This document shows positions 18,590 to 27,272 of a DNA stretch of 64,000 bases, in pieces. The stretch spans positions 1,248 through 65,247 of the forward strand of contig JANPHP010000485.1 of NCBI GenBank assembly GCA_031424495.1. The letters run 5' to 3'. The notes below the pieces were generated by a model. That model was not told the origin of the DNA. It saw only the letters and a list, made by a program, of their open reading frames with translations, and did no database searches. A program made the position numbers and the translations under genes. Each line of letters opens with the position of its first letter. The first letter of the stretch is position 1. The stretch comes from Bacteroidota bacterium (GTDB lineage: Bacteria; Bacteroidota; Bacteroidia; J057; JADKCL01).

Positions 18590-20122
18590 ATGGGAGAATT
18601 GAAAAAAATAGTGCTCAAGGGACTGCTGCTCATCGCATTGTTGGCTGGGCTCAATTGGATTTATCAGCAATTTTTCTTCCCTGCAGACCAGCATTTGCAT
18701 TCTGAGTCTGGCGAGATGCTTTGGGGCGTGCGTGACAGCGCAGACATTTTGTACTTGGGCGAGTCGAGCGATGTCACTGTAGGCGATCAGGACCGGGACA
18801 AATCCAGCATCTCAACGATGCTGGGCACCTATTACCCCGGCTTGCGCGTCGGCGCCGTGTCGAGGGGAGCGCTCCATGCAGGCAACTTTTACCACCTGCT
18901 CACCAATGTACCCTCGGGCAGCCACGTGCGCACGGTGATTGTGAGCATGAACCTGCGATCCTTTGACGCTACTTGGATCCACTCCAAGTTGGAGACTGCA
19001 TTGGAAAAGGAAATGGTCTTGCTCAAGCCCGGTCCGCTGCTTTGGCGCAGATTCATGCTGAGCTTGCGCAATTATGTCATCAAATCGACCGATCAATTGG
19101 CAGCCGAGGTGCGGCAGCAATGGCTCAGCGATACGCTCGTGATGCCTGCGCCATTTCCTTATGCCACGATGCTCGCTTGGGACTCTGCGATTGCTTGGAA
19201 GCATGATTTGCTCATGGACAGCAGCATTGTGCGGGGAGATGGCGACATCGACTTGGCCTGTCACTTTGTCAAGAACTTCGCCTTTCAAATTGATACGCTG
19301 ACCAATCCGCGCATCAGAGATTTTGACCGCATCGTGCAATTGGCGCAAGACCGTAAGTGGAACCTGGTATTGAACCTGCTGCCTGAAAATATGAAAAATG
19401 CTCGCCTGCTTGTCGGGCAAGAATTGGTCGACATCATGCGCCATAACCGCGACCTGCTGCAGGCCCGCTATGGCCATCTCCCCGGCGTGGTATTTGTGGA
19501 TGGCTTGGAAACTTTGGAGACAAGGGATTTTCTAGACAAAACTTGGCCCTCAGAGCACTACCTTGAGCAGGGCCGACGGCAAGTTGCCGATCGGCTCGCA
19601 CGCGCAATTTCACCGTTTCATCCCGGCCAATTGCATGCGCCGGCACCAATCAAAACGATGCTCCCATCCACGCATTTTAATGATTGCGAAGGGCAGACGA
19701 TTTGGGGACAGATGCAGACGCTAGACGATGGCCATGGCCACAGCGGCTCAAAATCAAGCTATACCGGCGGCAAGGGTGCAAAATTTGGCATCACATTCTC
19801 TGCTGCGGTAGCGGATCTGGACACTACGGCACTAGACAGCCTCGACTTTACGTGCTGGGTCTATCAGGATGGCGGTAGCCAAAATGCCGCGATTGCTTGG
19901 GAAAGCAGTGGAGAGGAAACAGCTTACCTGTGGGACACGATCCAATTGCGGCAGCTGGTGCATAACGATCAGCGTTGGCAGCAAATACACTTCCGCCTAG
20001 CTCTTTGGCCGTCGCTCAGTGCGGCAGATATCGTAAAGGTATACCCTTACAATCCTTCAAAAGAAAGTATCTGGTTTGATGACATTCAGATAACTTTTAT
20101 CAAAAAACAGAACTCCAAATGA
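18590..20122 (+). CDS. membrane-anchored extracytoplasmic partner of the MBOAT (possible SGNH/AlgJ-like region plus CBM-like C-terminus)
   Basis: It starts 3 nt after the MBOAT stop and has an N-terminal TM helix. The ILYLGESSDV segment sits where a GDS-type block I would be. The C-terminal ~130 aa (CEGQTIWGQ...GHSGSKSSY...IWFDDIQITF) looks like a carbohydrate-binding beta-sandwich. Domain calls are tentative. Confidence 0.6.
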   Translation: MGELKKIVLKGLLLIALLAGLNWIYQQFFFPADQHLHSESGEMLWGVRDSADILYLGESSDVTVGDQDRDKSSISTMLGTYYPGLRVGAVSRGALHAGNFYHLLTNVPSGSHVRTVIVSMNLRSFDATWIHSKLETALEKEMVLLKPGPLLWRRFMLSLRNYVIKSTDQLAAEVRQQWLSDTLVMPAPFPYATMLAWDSAIAWKHDLLMDSSIVRGDGDIDLACHFVKNFAFQIDTLTNPRIRDFDRIVQLAQDRKWNLVLNLLPENMKNARLLVGQELVDIMRHNRDLLQARYGHLPGVVFVDGLETLETRDFLDKTWPSEHYLEQGRRQVADRLARAISPFHPGQLHAPAPIKTMLPSTHFNDCEGQTIWGQMQTLDDGHGHSGSKSSYTGGKGAKFGITFSAAVADLDTTALDSLDFTCWVYQDGGSQNAAIAWESSGEETAYLWDTIQLRQLVHNDQRWQQIHFRLALWPSLSAADIVKVYPYNPSKESIWFDDIQITFIKKQNSK

Positions 20123-20380
20123 GTCCAATCCATGATGCGCAGCGCCGAAAAGTCATCAAAAAAGGTACATTTTGATTTCCATTTTGGATTGTTCTGACGA
20201 AGGCATCAATTATCGATACTACATTTTCAGGCAAAATCGCAGTCATGAGCTTAAAATGTATTCATTAAATATACAATATGATACATTATGTATTTATTTA
20301 TCTAAAACGAATGCAATGTGTAGCTAAACATGGGATTTTATTAGCCTCGATTTCGGCCAAAGTATAATGAGATTTGTCGC

Positions 20381-20833
20381 ATGGCAGTTATACTTGGAGA
20401 AATTATTCGCAGAGCAATCCGAGATGATAGTCGGTCTGCAAAACAGCTTTGTGACGAGCTCGGCATGAGCCGAGGCAACCTCGACAAGATTTACAAAAAG
20501 GATTCGATCAACACAGACTTGCTTGCCAAGCTGTGCATTGCCCTGAACTACGATTTCTTTCAGTACATCAATCCATTTACCCTTGCTGAGCGCGATGGGC
20601 CTCGTCTCTATGGAGCTGAAGAGGACCCGGGAGAGCGTCGCACGCCGATGACTCGCCTCAACCGTTGCCAACAAGACCTGCATGATGCCCAAAAGGACCT
20701 CAATTTCATGGAGCAGGAATTGGGTCGCATCAAGGCGCACACCAACGACAAGGATACGATCATCAAGATGTACAAAGAGCGCATTGATGAGCTGCGGGAA
20801 AAGCTCGACCAATGCAAAGCTGAGAAGGGCTGA
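20381..20833 (+). CDS. small HTH plus coiled-coil protein
   Basis: The N-terminal HTH-like segment is SAKQLCDELGMSRGNLDKIYKKDSINTDLLAKLCIALNYDF. The C-terminal heptad-rich region is DLHDAQKDLNFMEQELGRIKAH...IDELREKLDQCKAEKG. Confidence 0.6.
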   Translation: MAVILGEIIRRAIRDDSRSAKQLCDELGMSRGNLDKIYKKDSINTDLLAKLCIALNYDFFQYINPFTLAERDGPRLYGAEEDPGERRTPMTRLNRCQQDLHDAQKDLNFMEQELGRIKAHTNDKDTIIKMYKERIDELREKLDQCKAEKG

Positions 20834-21076
20834 GCAGCCCTGCTATCCACAATCCTGCATTAGCAACTGCGGTCAATTCCTGCGGATGTTGCAAGTAATT
20901 GATTATCAATATACAAATCTTGCTTTGCCAAAAAGTGGAGCGTCTACTTTTTCTGCGGCAATGTGCATATCCTCTATTTGCGACCGATTGCGGTTTGCCT
21001 AATTTTGGAGGCTAGCTTGGGCAAAAATATTTGCTCCTTGCGAAAATTGTTACGGAAGTAAGCATAGAATTAGCGT

Positions 21077-22948
21077 ATGGCAGCAGAAAAACAGCCCGTG
21101 TATGATGAAAGCTCGATCAAATCGCTTGATCCGCTGGAGCACATCCGCTTGCGGCCGGGCATGTACATCGGCAAGTTGGGCGACGGCACTTCTCCTGAAG
21201 ACGGCATCTACATTTTGCTCAAAGAGGTCATCGACAACTCCATCGATGAGTTCATGATGGGCGTGGGCAAGACGATCGAGGTCACGGTGACCCAAAACAA
21301 GGTGCGTGTGCGTGACTATGGGCGCGGCATCCCGCTCGGCAAGGTGATTGATTGCGTCTCCCAAATCAATACCGGCGGCAAGTTTGACTCCGAGAGTTTC
21401 CAAAAGTCGATCGGTCTCAACGGTGTTGGTACCAAGGCGGTCAACGCACTTTCATCCTCATTTTCAGTACAGTCCTACAGAGAAAACAAGACCAAACTCG
21501 CCGAGTTTGAATTTGGGCAGCTCACCAAGGACGACCCGATCGTGGAAAACTCGATGCGCCACGGCACGCTTACGGTTTTCACGCCCGACGAAAGCATTTT
21601 CAGGAACTACAAATACAACTATGAGTATGTCGAGAACCTGATTCGCAACTATGTTTTCTTGAACAGGGGCCTCACGATCATTTTGAACGGGGAGAAATAT
21701 GCGAGCGAAAATGGACTCAAGGACTTGCTGGAGTTTCACACGCAAGAAGAAGAGCGCCGCTACCCCGTGATCCACTTTTATGACGAGGACATCGAGGTCG
21801 CGATGACGCACGGCTCGCAGTATGGCGAGCAATACTACACCTTTGTGAACGGTCAAAATACCACGCAAGGTGGTACGCACTTGGCTGCATTTCGCGAGGC
21901 GGTCGTGAAGGCTGTACGCGAATTTTACGGCAAGCCGTTTGAGGCGAGCGACGTGCGCGCGAGTATCGTGGGCGCAATCGCCATCCGCGTGCAGGAGCCG
22001 GTCTTTGAGTCGCAGACCAAGACCAAGCTCGGCAGCACGCATACCGAGCCCAAAAACGAGGGCAAGGTGATCCGCACCTGGATCAACGATGTCGTGAAGA
22101 CGCAGCTCGACAACTTCCTGCACAAAAATCCGGCGGTGGCCGAGGATCTACTCAAGCGCATCCGGCAGAGCGAGCGCGAGCGCAAAGACATCGCCGGCAT
22201 CAAGAAACTCGCCAATGACCGCGCCAAAAAGGCCAATCTGCACAACAAAAAGTTGCGCGACTGCAAGATCCACTTCGATACCGACCATGCAAGAGGCGGC
22301 GAGTCGGTGATTTTCATCACCGAGGGTGACTCGGCGAGTGGGTCCATCACGACTGCGCGCGATCCGCACACACAGGCCGTCTTCTCCTTGCGCGGTAAGC
22401 CGCTCAACTGCCACGGCCTCACCAAAAAGATCGTCTACGAAAACGAGGAGTTCAACCTGCTCCAGCATGCTCTCAATATCGAGGACGGCATCGAGGGATT
22501 GCGCTACCACAAAATCATCGTCGCCACCGATGCCGACGTAGACGGTATGCACATCCGCCTGTTGCTGCTCACATTTTTCCTGCAGTTTTTCCCCGAGCTC
22601 GTGCGCAATGGTCACGTCTACATCTTGCAAACGCCACTTTTCAGGGTTCGCAACAAGAAGGAAACCTTCTATTGCTACGACGAAAATGAAAAGCAAGCTG
22701 CGATGGTGAAGCTCGGCAAGAATCCAGAAATCACGCGCTTCAAAGGTCTCGGCGAGATCTCGCCAGACGAGTTTGGCGGCTTCATCGGTGAGCAAATGCG
22801 CTTGGACCCGGTTATCATCCGCAAAGACTCCAATATCACGGTGATGCTCGACTATTACATGGGCAAGAATACACCGGTGCGCCAAGACTTCATCATCGAC
22901 AACCTACGGGTCGAGAAGGATATCATTGAAGAAGACAAGGTGGCGTGA
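21077..22948 (+). CDS. parE: type IIA DNA topoisomerase subunit B (topoisomerase IV ParE-type)
   Basis: GHKL ATPase motifs ([44 protein letters not shown]), a Toprim domain ([24 protein letters not shown]) and [11 protein letters not shown]. The 623-aa length and N-terminus fit Bacteroidota ParE rather than GyrB, as I remember them. Confidence 0.9.
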   Translation: MAAEKQPVYDESSIKSLDPLEHIRLRPGMYIGKLGDGTSPEDGIYILLKEVIDNSIDEFMMGVGKTIEVTVTQNKVRVRDYGRGIPLGKVIDCVSQINTGGKFDSESFQKSIGLNGVGTKAVNALSSSFSVQSYRENKTKLAEFEFGQLTKDDPIVENSMRHGTLTVFTPDESIFRNYKYNYEYVENLIRNYVFLNRGLTIILNGEKYASENGLKDLLEFHTQEEERRYPVIHFYDEDIEVAMTHGSQYGEQYYTFVNGQNTTQGGTHLAAFREAVVKAVREFYGKPFEASDVRASIVGAIAIRVQEPVFESQTKTKLGSTHTEPKNEGKVIRTWINDVVKTQLDNFLHKNPAVAEDLLKRIRQSERERKDIAGIKKLANDRAKKANLHNKKLRDCKIHFDTDHARGGESVIFITEGDSASGSITTARDPHTQAVFSLRGKPLNCHGLTKKIVYENEEFNLLQHALNIEDGIEGLRYHKIIVATDADVDGMHIRLLLLTFFLQFFPELVRNGHVYILQTPLFRVRNKKETFYCYDENEKQAAMVKLGKNPEITRFKGLGEISPDEFGGFIGEQMRLDPVIIRKDSNITVMLDYYMGKNTPVRQDFIIDNLRVEKDIIEEDKVA

Positions 22949-23011
22949 TTTGGGGAATAGGCGCAGCCAAATACGCCGACGCGCATTCCTACACCAGATA
23001 GCTTTTTAGAA

Positions 23012-23296
23012 ATGGAGGAGGAAGAGGCTAAAACATATTCGATTGCACTCAGGTTGCGACGTGTGGTTCATGAAGATGTCTACGTCACCGTATTCGTGGA
23101 TGACCAAATCACGAAAGAAAATGAGGACGGAACCCTCGGCATCGATTGGGACAAGTTTGTCGCAGCGGCAATCCAGACCAGCGAGCGCGAGGGGGCCGAT
23201 TGGCAGGTCGAGTCGACATCGATTGAGGTCCATCCCGTGCAACAGCCCAAACCGGAGGGGCGGACATCCATCAACTCTGCAAGCGAGAGTATTTGA
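23012..23296 (+). CDS. small acidic hypothetical protein
   Basis: A 94-aa ORF on the same strand, immediately downstream of parE. No motif is recognised. Confidence 0.4.
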   Translation: MEEEEAKTYSIALRLRRVVHEDVYVTVFVDDQITKENEDGTLGIDWDKFVAAAIQTSEREGADWQVESTSIEVHPVQQPKPEGRTSINSASESI

Positions 23297-23353
23297 GCAG
23301 GCTCTCATTCAAGACGACTTGGACGAAACCCCGATTTGAGCGAATCATTTTTC

Positions 23354-24166
23354 ATGAAAAAACCCACCAAAAAGCCCGCATCCGCCAAGAAACCTAGCGC
23401 AGCCAAGTCCAAAGGCTCATTCAAAGGCAGGGGCCGCCTCAAAAAAATTGCCTTACGTGCTCTCCTGGTAATGCTCGGCATCATCGCCATCATACCTGTT
23501 GCGCACTACTTCGTATTTCCGCAGCAAACTCGTTCCATTCTGATTGACTTCTCCAGTTTCAAGCGGGAAAATCGACTCTATCTCGACGCCAAGACTTCGC
23601 AAAGCAAAATCGACTCCGTGGGCAAACTGCTTGCACTAGCAGAACTGCGCGTCGACCAATTTTGGGGCGGCAAGACCTGCAATCCAAAATTCATCTATTG
23701 TGCAACTGATGCCGATTTTGCCAAATATGGGAGCGACCAAGATGTGCCCGCGGTCACGATCATGAAACTCGGCAGCTATATTGTGCTCAGCAAAGACGGC
23801 CTCGATCCCGACATCATCGCCCACGAGATGGCCCATGCCGAGCTCTACGAACGCATCGGATTTTATGCCCAGGAATTCAAGATCCCGACTTGGTTTAGCG
23901 AGGGACTCGCGATGCAATGCGATGACCGAGATTATTATTCTGAGGATACTTTACGTGCAAAATCAGACAATTTCAAAAACCTGCCCGATGTGAAACAGCT
24001 CCGCTCAGGTCGTGACTTCCATAAAGGCAGCCACGAGGAGGTCAAGCTGAATTACATGACCGCAAAGCACGTGGTCAAAAACTGGTACACACCCGAGAAG
24101 TTGGAGAGCCTGATCGAGCGCTTGAATGCAGGGTCGAGCTTTGAGGAGGCTTGGGAGACCAAATAA
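23354..24166 (+). CDS. membrane-anchored HEXXH protein (peptidase MA-like)
   Basis: The ATG at 23354 gives a Lys-rich N-terminus (MKKPTKKPASAKKPSAAKSK), then a TM helix (ALLVMLGIIAIIPVAHYFVF). The motif IIAHEMAHAELYE is followed by WFSEGLAMQ, matching the HEXXH...EG pattern of MA-clan peptidases. Confidence 0.6.
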   Translation: MKKPTKKPASAKKPSAAKSKGSFKGRGRLKKIALRALLVMLGIIAIIPVAHYFVFPQQTRSILIDFSSFKRENRLYLDAKTSQSKIDSVGKLLALAELRVDQFWGGKTCNPKFIYCATDADFAKYGSDQDVPAVTIMKLGSYIVLSKDGLDPDIIAHEMAHAELYERIGFYAQEFKIPTWFSEGLAMQCDDRDYYSEDTLRAKSDNFKNLPDVKQLRSGRDFHKGSHEEVKLNYMTAKHVVKNWYTPEKLESLIERLNAGSSFEEAWETK

Positions 24167-24180
24167 CACCTGCAAAAGAC

Positions 24181-24738
24181 ATGGCTGGACTTGCAATCAT
24201 CCTCCAAAATCGTTGGCGATACTTTTGGGCTTGCGCCTGCCTACTGTTGCTCACTGCCTGCACGCGAGAGCACAATACAGCACCGACATTCCCTGCATCC
24301 ACCATCACGGATTCTGCATCAGCCCCGGAAAAGGAAGCGGCTATCCCTCCTGCCGTGCACGCAGCACAACCGACTGATTCAAAACCACAAGGCATGCCCG
24401 ACAATTGGGGATACAAAACAGCGCACAAGGCGCAGCTGAAAACCATCATGGCCAATCCCTGCGCCATCGACAGCCTCATTTTTGAAGATCTGTATGACGG
24501 TCCACAAGCGATCGCCGACGATGCCACCGAGCGATCGATCCTCGTGCAAAAACTCAAACAGCAGGGCTTCCACCAGACCGGCTGGGGCAGGGGAAATTGG
24601 ATGGAAGGGCCGAGAATCGTGGCTTATGCATTCGCCAACGACCAATGCACCTGCAGCGTCTACAAACTCTACTATTCACCTGAGATTGAGGGAAAATGTC
24701 GTGTCGCAGAAGAAATCCATTGCAGCGACAAAAAATGA
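24181..24738 (+). CDS. hypothetical lipoprotein
   Basis: The ATG at 24181 gives MAGLAIILQNRWRYFWACACLLLLTAC, a lipobox. The C-terminal domain is Cys-containing (CTCSVYKLYY...GKCRVAEEIHC). Confidence 0.55.
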   Translation: MAGLAIILQNRWRYFWACACLLLLTACTREHNTAPTFPASTITDSASAPEKEAAIPPAVHAAQPTDSKPQGMPDNWGYKTAHKAQLKTIMANPCAIDSLIFEDLYDGPQAIADDATERSILVQKLKQQGFHQTGWGRGNWMEGPRIVAYAFANDQCTCSVYKLYYSPEIEGKCRVAEEIHCSDKK

Positions 24739-24779
24739 TTTTGGTCAAGATTGCCTGTCCTTGAGTTGATCAACCACCT

Positions 24780-25340
24780 ATGAAAACCCCCAAGCAAAAA
24801 CTCATCGTTTTCGACCTCGACGAGACATTGGTGCATGCGACGCAGCAACCGCTGGCTTTTGCTGCCGACCTGCGCTGGGAGGATTTTCACATCTACAAAA
24901 GGCCGGGCTTGGATGCATTCCTGACGGGATGCAGCAAGCTCGCCGAGATCGCAATCTGGTCATCGGCCGACGACGACTATGTCGCGGGCATCGCTCAACA
25001 GATTATCCCCGCCGGGATCAAGCCGACATTCGTCTGGGGCCGCAGCCAATGCTGGGTAAAAATCGTGCAGCAGCCCGTCGATGCCGCCAATCCCAGCATC
25101 ACTAGAAAAGTGCAACAGTGGATCAAGCCCTTGGAAAAAATCAGGCGCAAGGGCTACAAAATGCAAAACCTGCTCATCATCGACGACAGCCACGCCAAAG
25201 TGATCGACAATCCCGGCAACTACCTGCTGATCAATCCATTTGAAGGCGTGCAAGACGACATGGAGCTAGCTCAATTGCTCGCCTATTTGCAAACCAACGC
25301 ATTCACACCCCAAGCAACCCAAAACTGGAAAGAAACCTAA
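24780..25340 (+). CDS. HAD-superfamily phosphatase of the FCP1/SCP (NLI-interacting factor) type
   Basis: The DxDxT motif occurs in LIVFDLDETLVHAT, followed by IYKRPGLDAFL, IAIWSSADDDYV, LLIIDDSHAKVIDNPGNYLLINPFEG and DDMELAQLLAYL. These are colinear with CTD-small-phosphatase-like proteins. Confidence 0.75.
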   Translation: MKTPKQKLIVFDLDETLVHATQQPLAFAADLRWEDFHIYKRPGLDAFLTGCSKLAEIAIWSSADDDYVAGIAQQIIPAGIKPTFVWGRSQCWVKIVQQPVDAANPSITRKVQQWIKPLEKIRRKGYKMQNLLIIDDSHAKVIDNPGNYLLINPFEGVQDDMELAQLLAYLQTNAFTPQATQNWKET

Positions 25341-25384
25341 CCCGACTACCGCCCCACACTATACCGACGACAAGCGACTCATTA

Positions 25385-26536
25385 TCAACCCTCTCCCACT
25401 TCTTTCCGCCACTGACTTGGCGTCACCCCGACGTGTTTTTTAAAGATCATATTGAAGGATGACTTGCTGTTAAAGCCCGCGTCGTGGGCGATGGCGAGTA
25501 TGTTGTAGTGTGCCCACTTGGGATCGAGCAGGCGACGCTTGACCTCCTCGATGCGGTATTCGTTGATGAGGGTATAGAAATTTTTGCCGAGCTGCTCGTT
25601 GATGGTCTGCGTGAGGTGGTGTTGGGGAATGTTGAGCTCGGTGGCCACGTCTTGCAGCGTGAGGTCGCGGTGCATAAAGGGCTGCCCGCTGCCGAGGTAG
25701 GCTGTGAGCTGTTCGAGGTAGACTTGGGCTTGCTCCTGCGTGAGGCTGCTGTGTGCGTAACGCTCAGCCTGCTCGCCATGCGTGCCATTGCTCACCACCT
25801 GCTCGTCTTCGTCTTCCAGCGCATCGACAAAGCGTTCGTCGGGCTTGCGGGAAAAGATGACCGGCTGCCGGATGCCAAAAAAGGTGAATGCGAATGCAAA
25901 CACAGCAAATCCCAAGAACAAAAAGATACCTGGGTGGATGGTGATTTTGCCGGTGAAGACATTGACGAGGGCCGCGAAAAAGGAAAGCAGGAGCATGACC
26001 GTGAATCCGATCGCGACCATGCGCAGCCACTCGAGGCTGATGCGGTCAGAGTCATAGGAGAAAAACTCCATCAGGTTTTTGCGGTGTTGGCGCAGCAGCC
26101 GCACTGTGAGCGGGATGTACACGCCTGCCGACACGAGGCAGGCGATGGAGTACACGATGCGGTTGAGGTCAAATGCATGCCCAGTGAGCATGTCGAGGTC
26201 CACATTGGCATCGTTGGTGATCGCCGACACACTGAAGATCACAAAGGGCAGCAGGTGCAAGCCGTCTTGAAACTCGAGTTTGGGATTTTGCCGGGTGAGT
26301 GCACGCACATACAAAAAGAGAAAAGGGCCCAGCGCGAAGAAAAAAGGGAACAACTGCAACTGCGCCCAAGCCGACTCTGGCATTTTGGTCTTGAGCAGCG
26401 AGAGCACCATGAAGATGGTCATGAGCCCGAGCCAGATCGCCAAGATATAGTCGCTCAGTTGACGCTTGGGTTTCGTGACCGCAAGCAGGCCCGCAAAGAT
26501 GAATTGGGCGATGCTGATATAGAGTATGGCATCCAA
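25385..26536 (-). CDS. AraC-family transcriptional regulator with multi-pass membrane N-terminal domain
   Basis: About 230 aa of TM helices precede a C-terminal AraC HTH (LTLQDVATELNIPQHHLTQTINEQLGKNFYTLINEYRIEEVKRRL...AIAHDAGFNSKSSFNMIFKKHVGVTPSQWR). The start is a TTG. Confidence 0.85.
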   Translation of the reverse strand: MDAILYISIAQFIFAGLLAVTKPKRQLSDYILAIWLGLMTIFMVLSLLKTKMPESAWAQLQLFPFFFALGPFLFLYVRALTRQNPKLEFQDGLHLLPFVIFSVSAITNDANVDLDMLTGHAFDLNRIVYSIACLVSAGVYIPLTVRLLRQHRKNLMEFFSYDSDRISLEWLRMVAIGFTVMLLLSFFAALVNVFTGKITIHPGIFLFLGFAVFAFAFTFFGIRQPVIFSRKPDERFVDALEDEDEQVVSNGTHGEQAERYAHSSLTQEQAQVYLEQLTAYLGSGQPFMHRDLTLQDVATELNIPQHHLTQTINEQLGKNFYTLINEYRIEEVKRRLLDPKWAHYNILAIAHDAGFNSKSSFNMIFKKHVGVTPSQWRKEVGEG

Positions 26537-27272
26537 ATCGTGAAAGGCGTCAGGCTATGCCGACCGCTTTTTTCTCCAAGCAAATCGATGAGACAATCTT
26601 ACCTATTTTGGGCGCACAACGCAACCACAGGCGGTCCACACGAAGTGCAAACCGTGTGGGATGGACGCACTACACCACGTAAACAGGTGTCTTTGAGGAC
26701 TTCAGGAAAATGTAGGCTACCGAGCGGAAGTGATATTTTTGTGCAGGTCCAAGTCTGGGTGGATGGAATTGGGAGGAAGGCGAAGGGCGATGTCTGCGGA
26801 TGGGGGGATGATGGATGCGGTAGATACCCTCGCCGACATCAATGTTTGTGCAAATATGTTCCTCACAAAAAGAACCACAAAGCACGCCAACATCGCAAAG
26901 AGTACGACCGGCTCTGCGCACTCTGCATCCTTTGCGGTTTACAATAGGCCAATTTACTTTTCATCTAACTCTCGCGTGTGGGACCTTGATCTCGAGGTTA
27001 TCGTTGGGAGAAAGCTTCTCCAATTTGTGCCGAGGGCTTCATGTTGCCTATTGGTGCCAAGAATCCATTCCAGTTGAAAACAAATTTACAAAGAAACTAC
27101 CCAACGCAAGGCTTCCAAAAGCAAGCCAAGGATCCCCCAAAAGTAGCATCAGCCACCTCCCGCAACGTCCAAACCCCTCTCCCACGTCAATTGGACTTGC
27201 AAACGGTTAGCTGGTCGTCCTACTCGGTTGGGAAGGTCGAATTCGGCTGCGGGATGGCTCAGCTTTGGGACT

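Noticed and set aside
26670-26921. 83-aa minus-strand ORF with CGSFCEEHIC in the AraC/P450 spacer
   Set aside because: It has no start context, signal or motif, and the rest of the translation is Pro/Arg/Ser-rich. It is treated as non-coding.
25484-26947. 487-aa plus-strand ORF
   Set aside because: It lies antisense to the AraC regulator gene, which has clear TM and HTH motifs. The translation is low-complexity (runs of E, R, G, H and D) with no motif. It is a shadow ORF of a GC-rich coding region.
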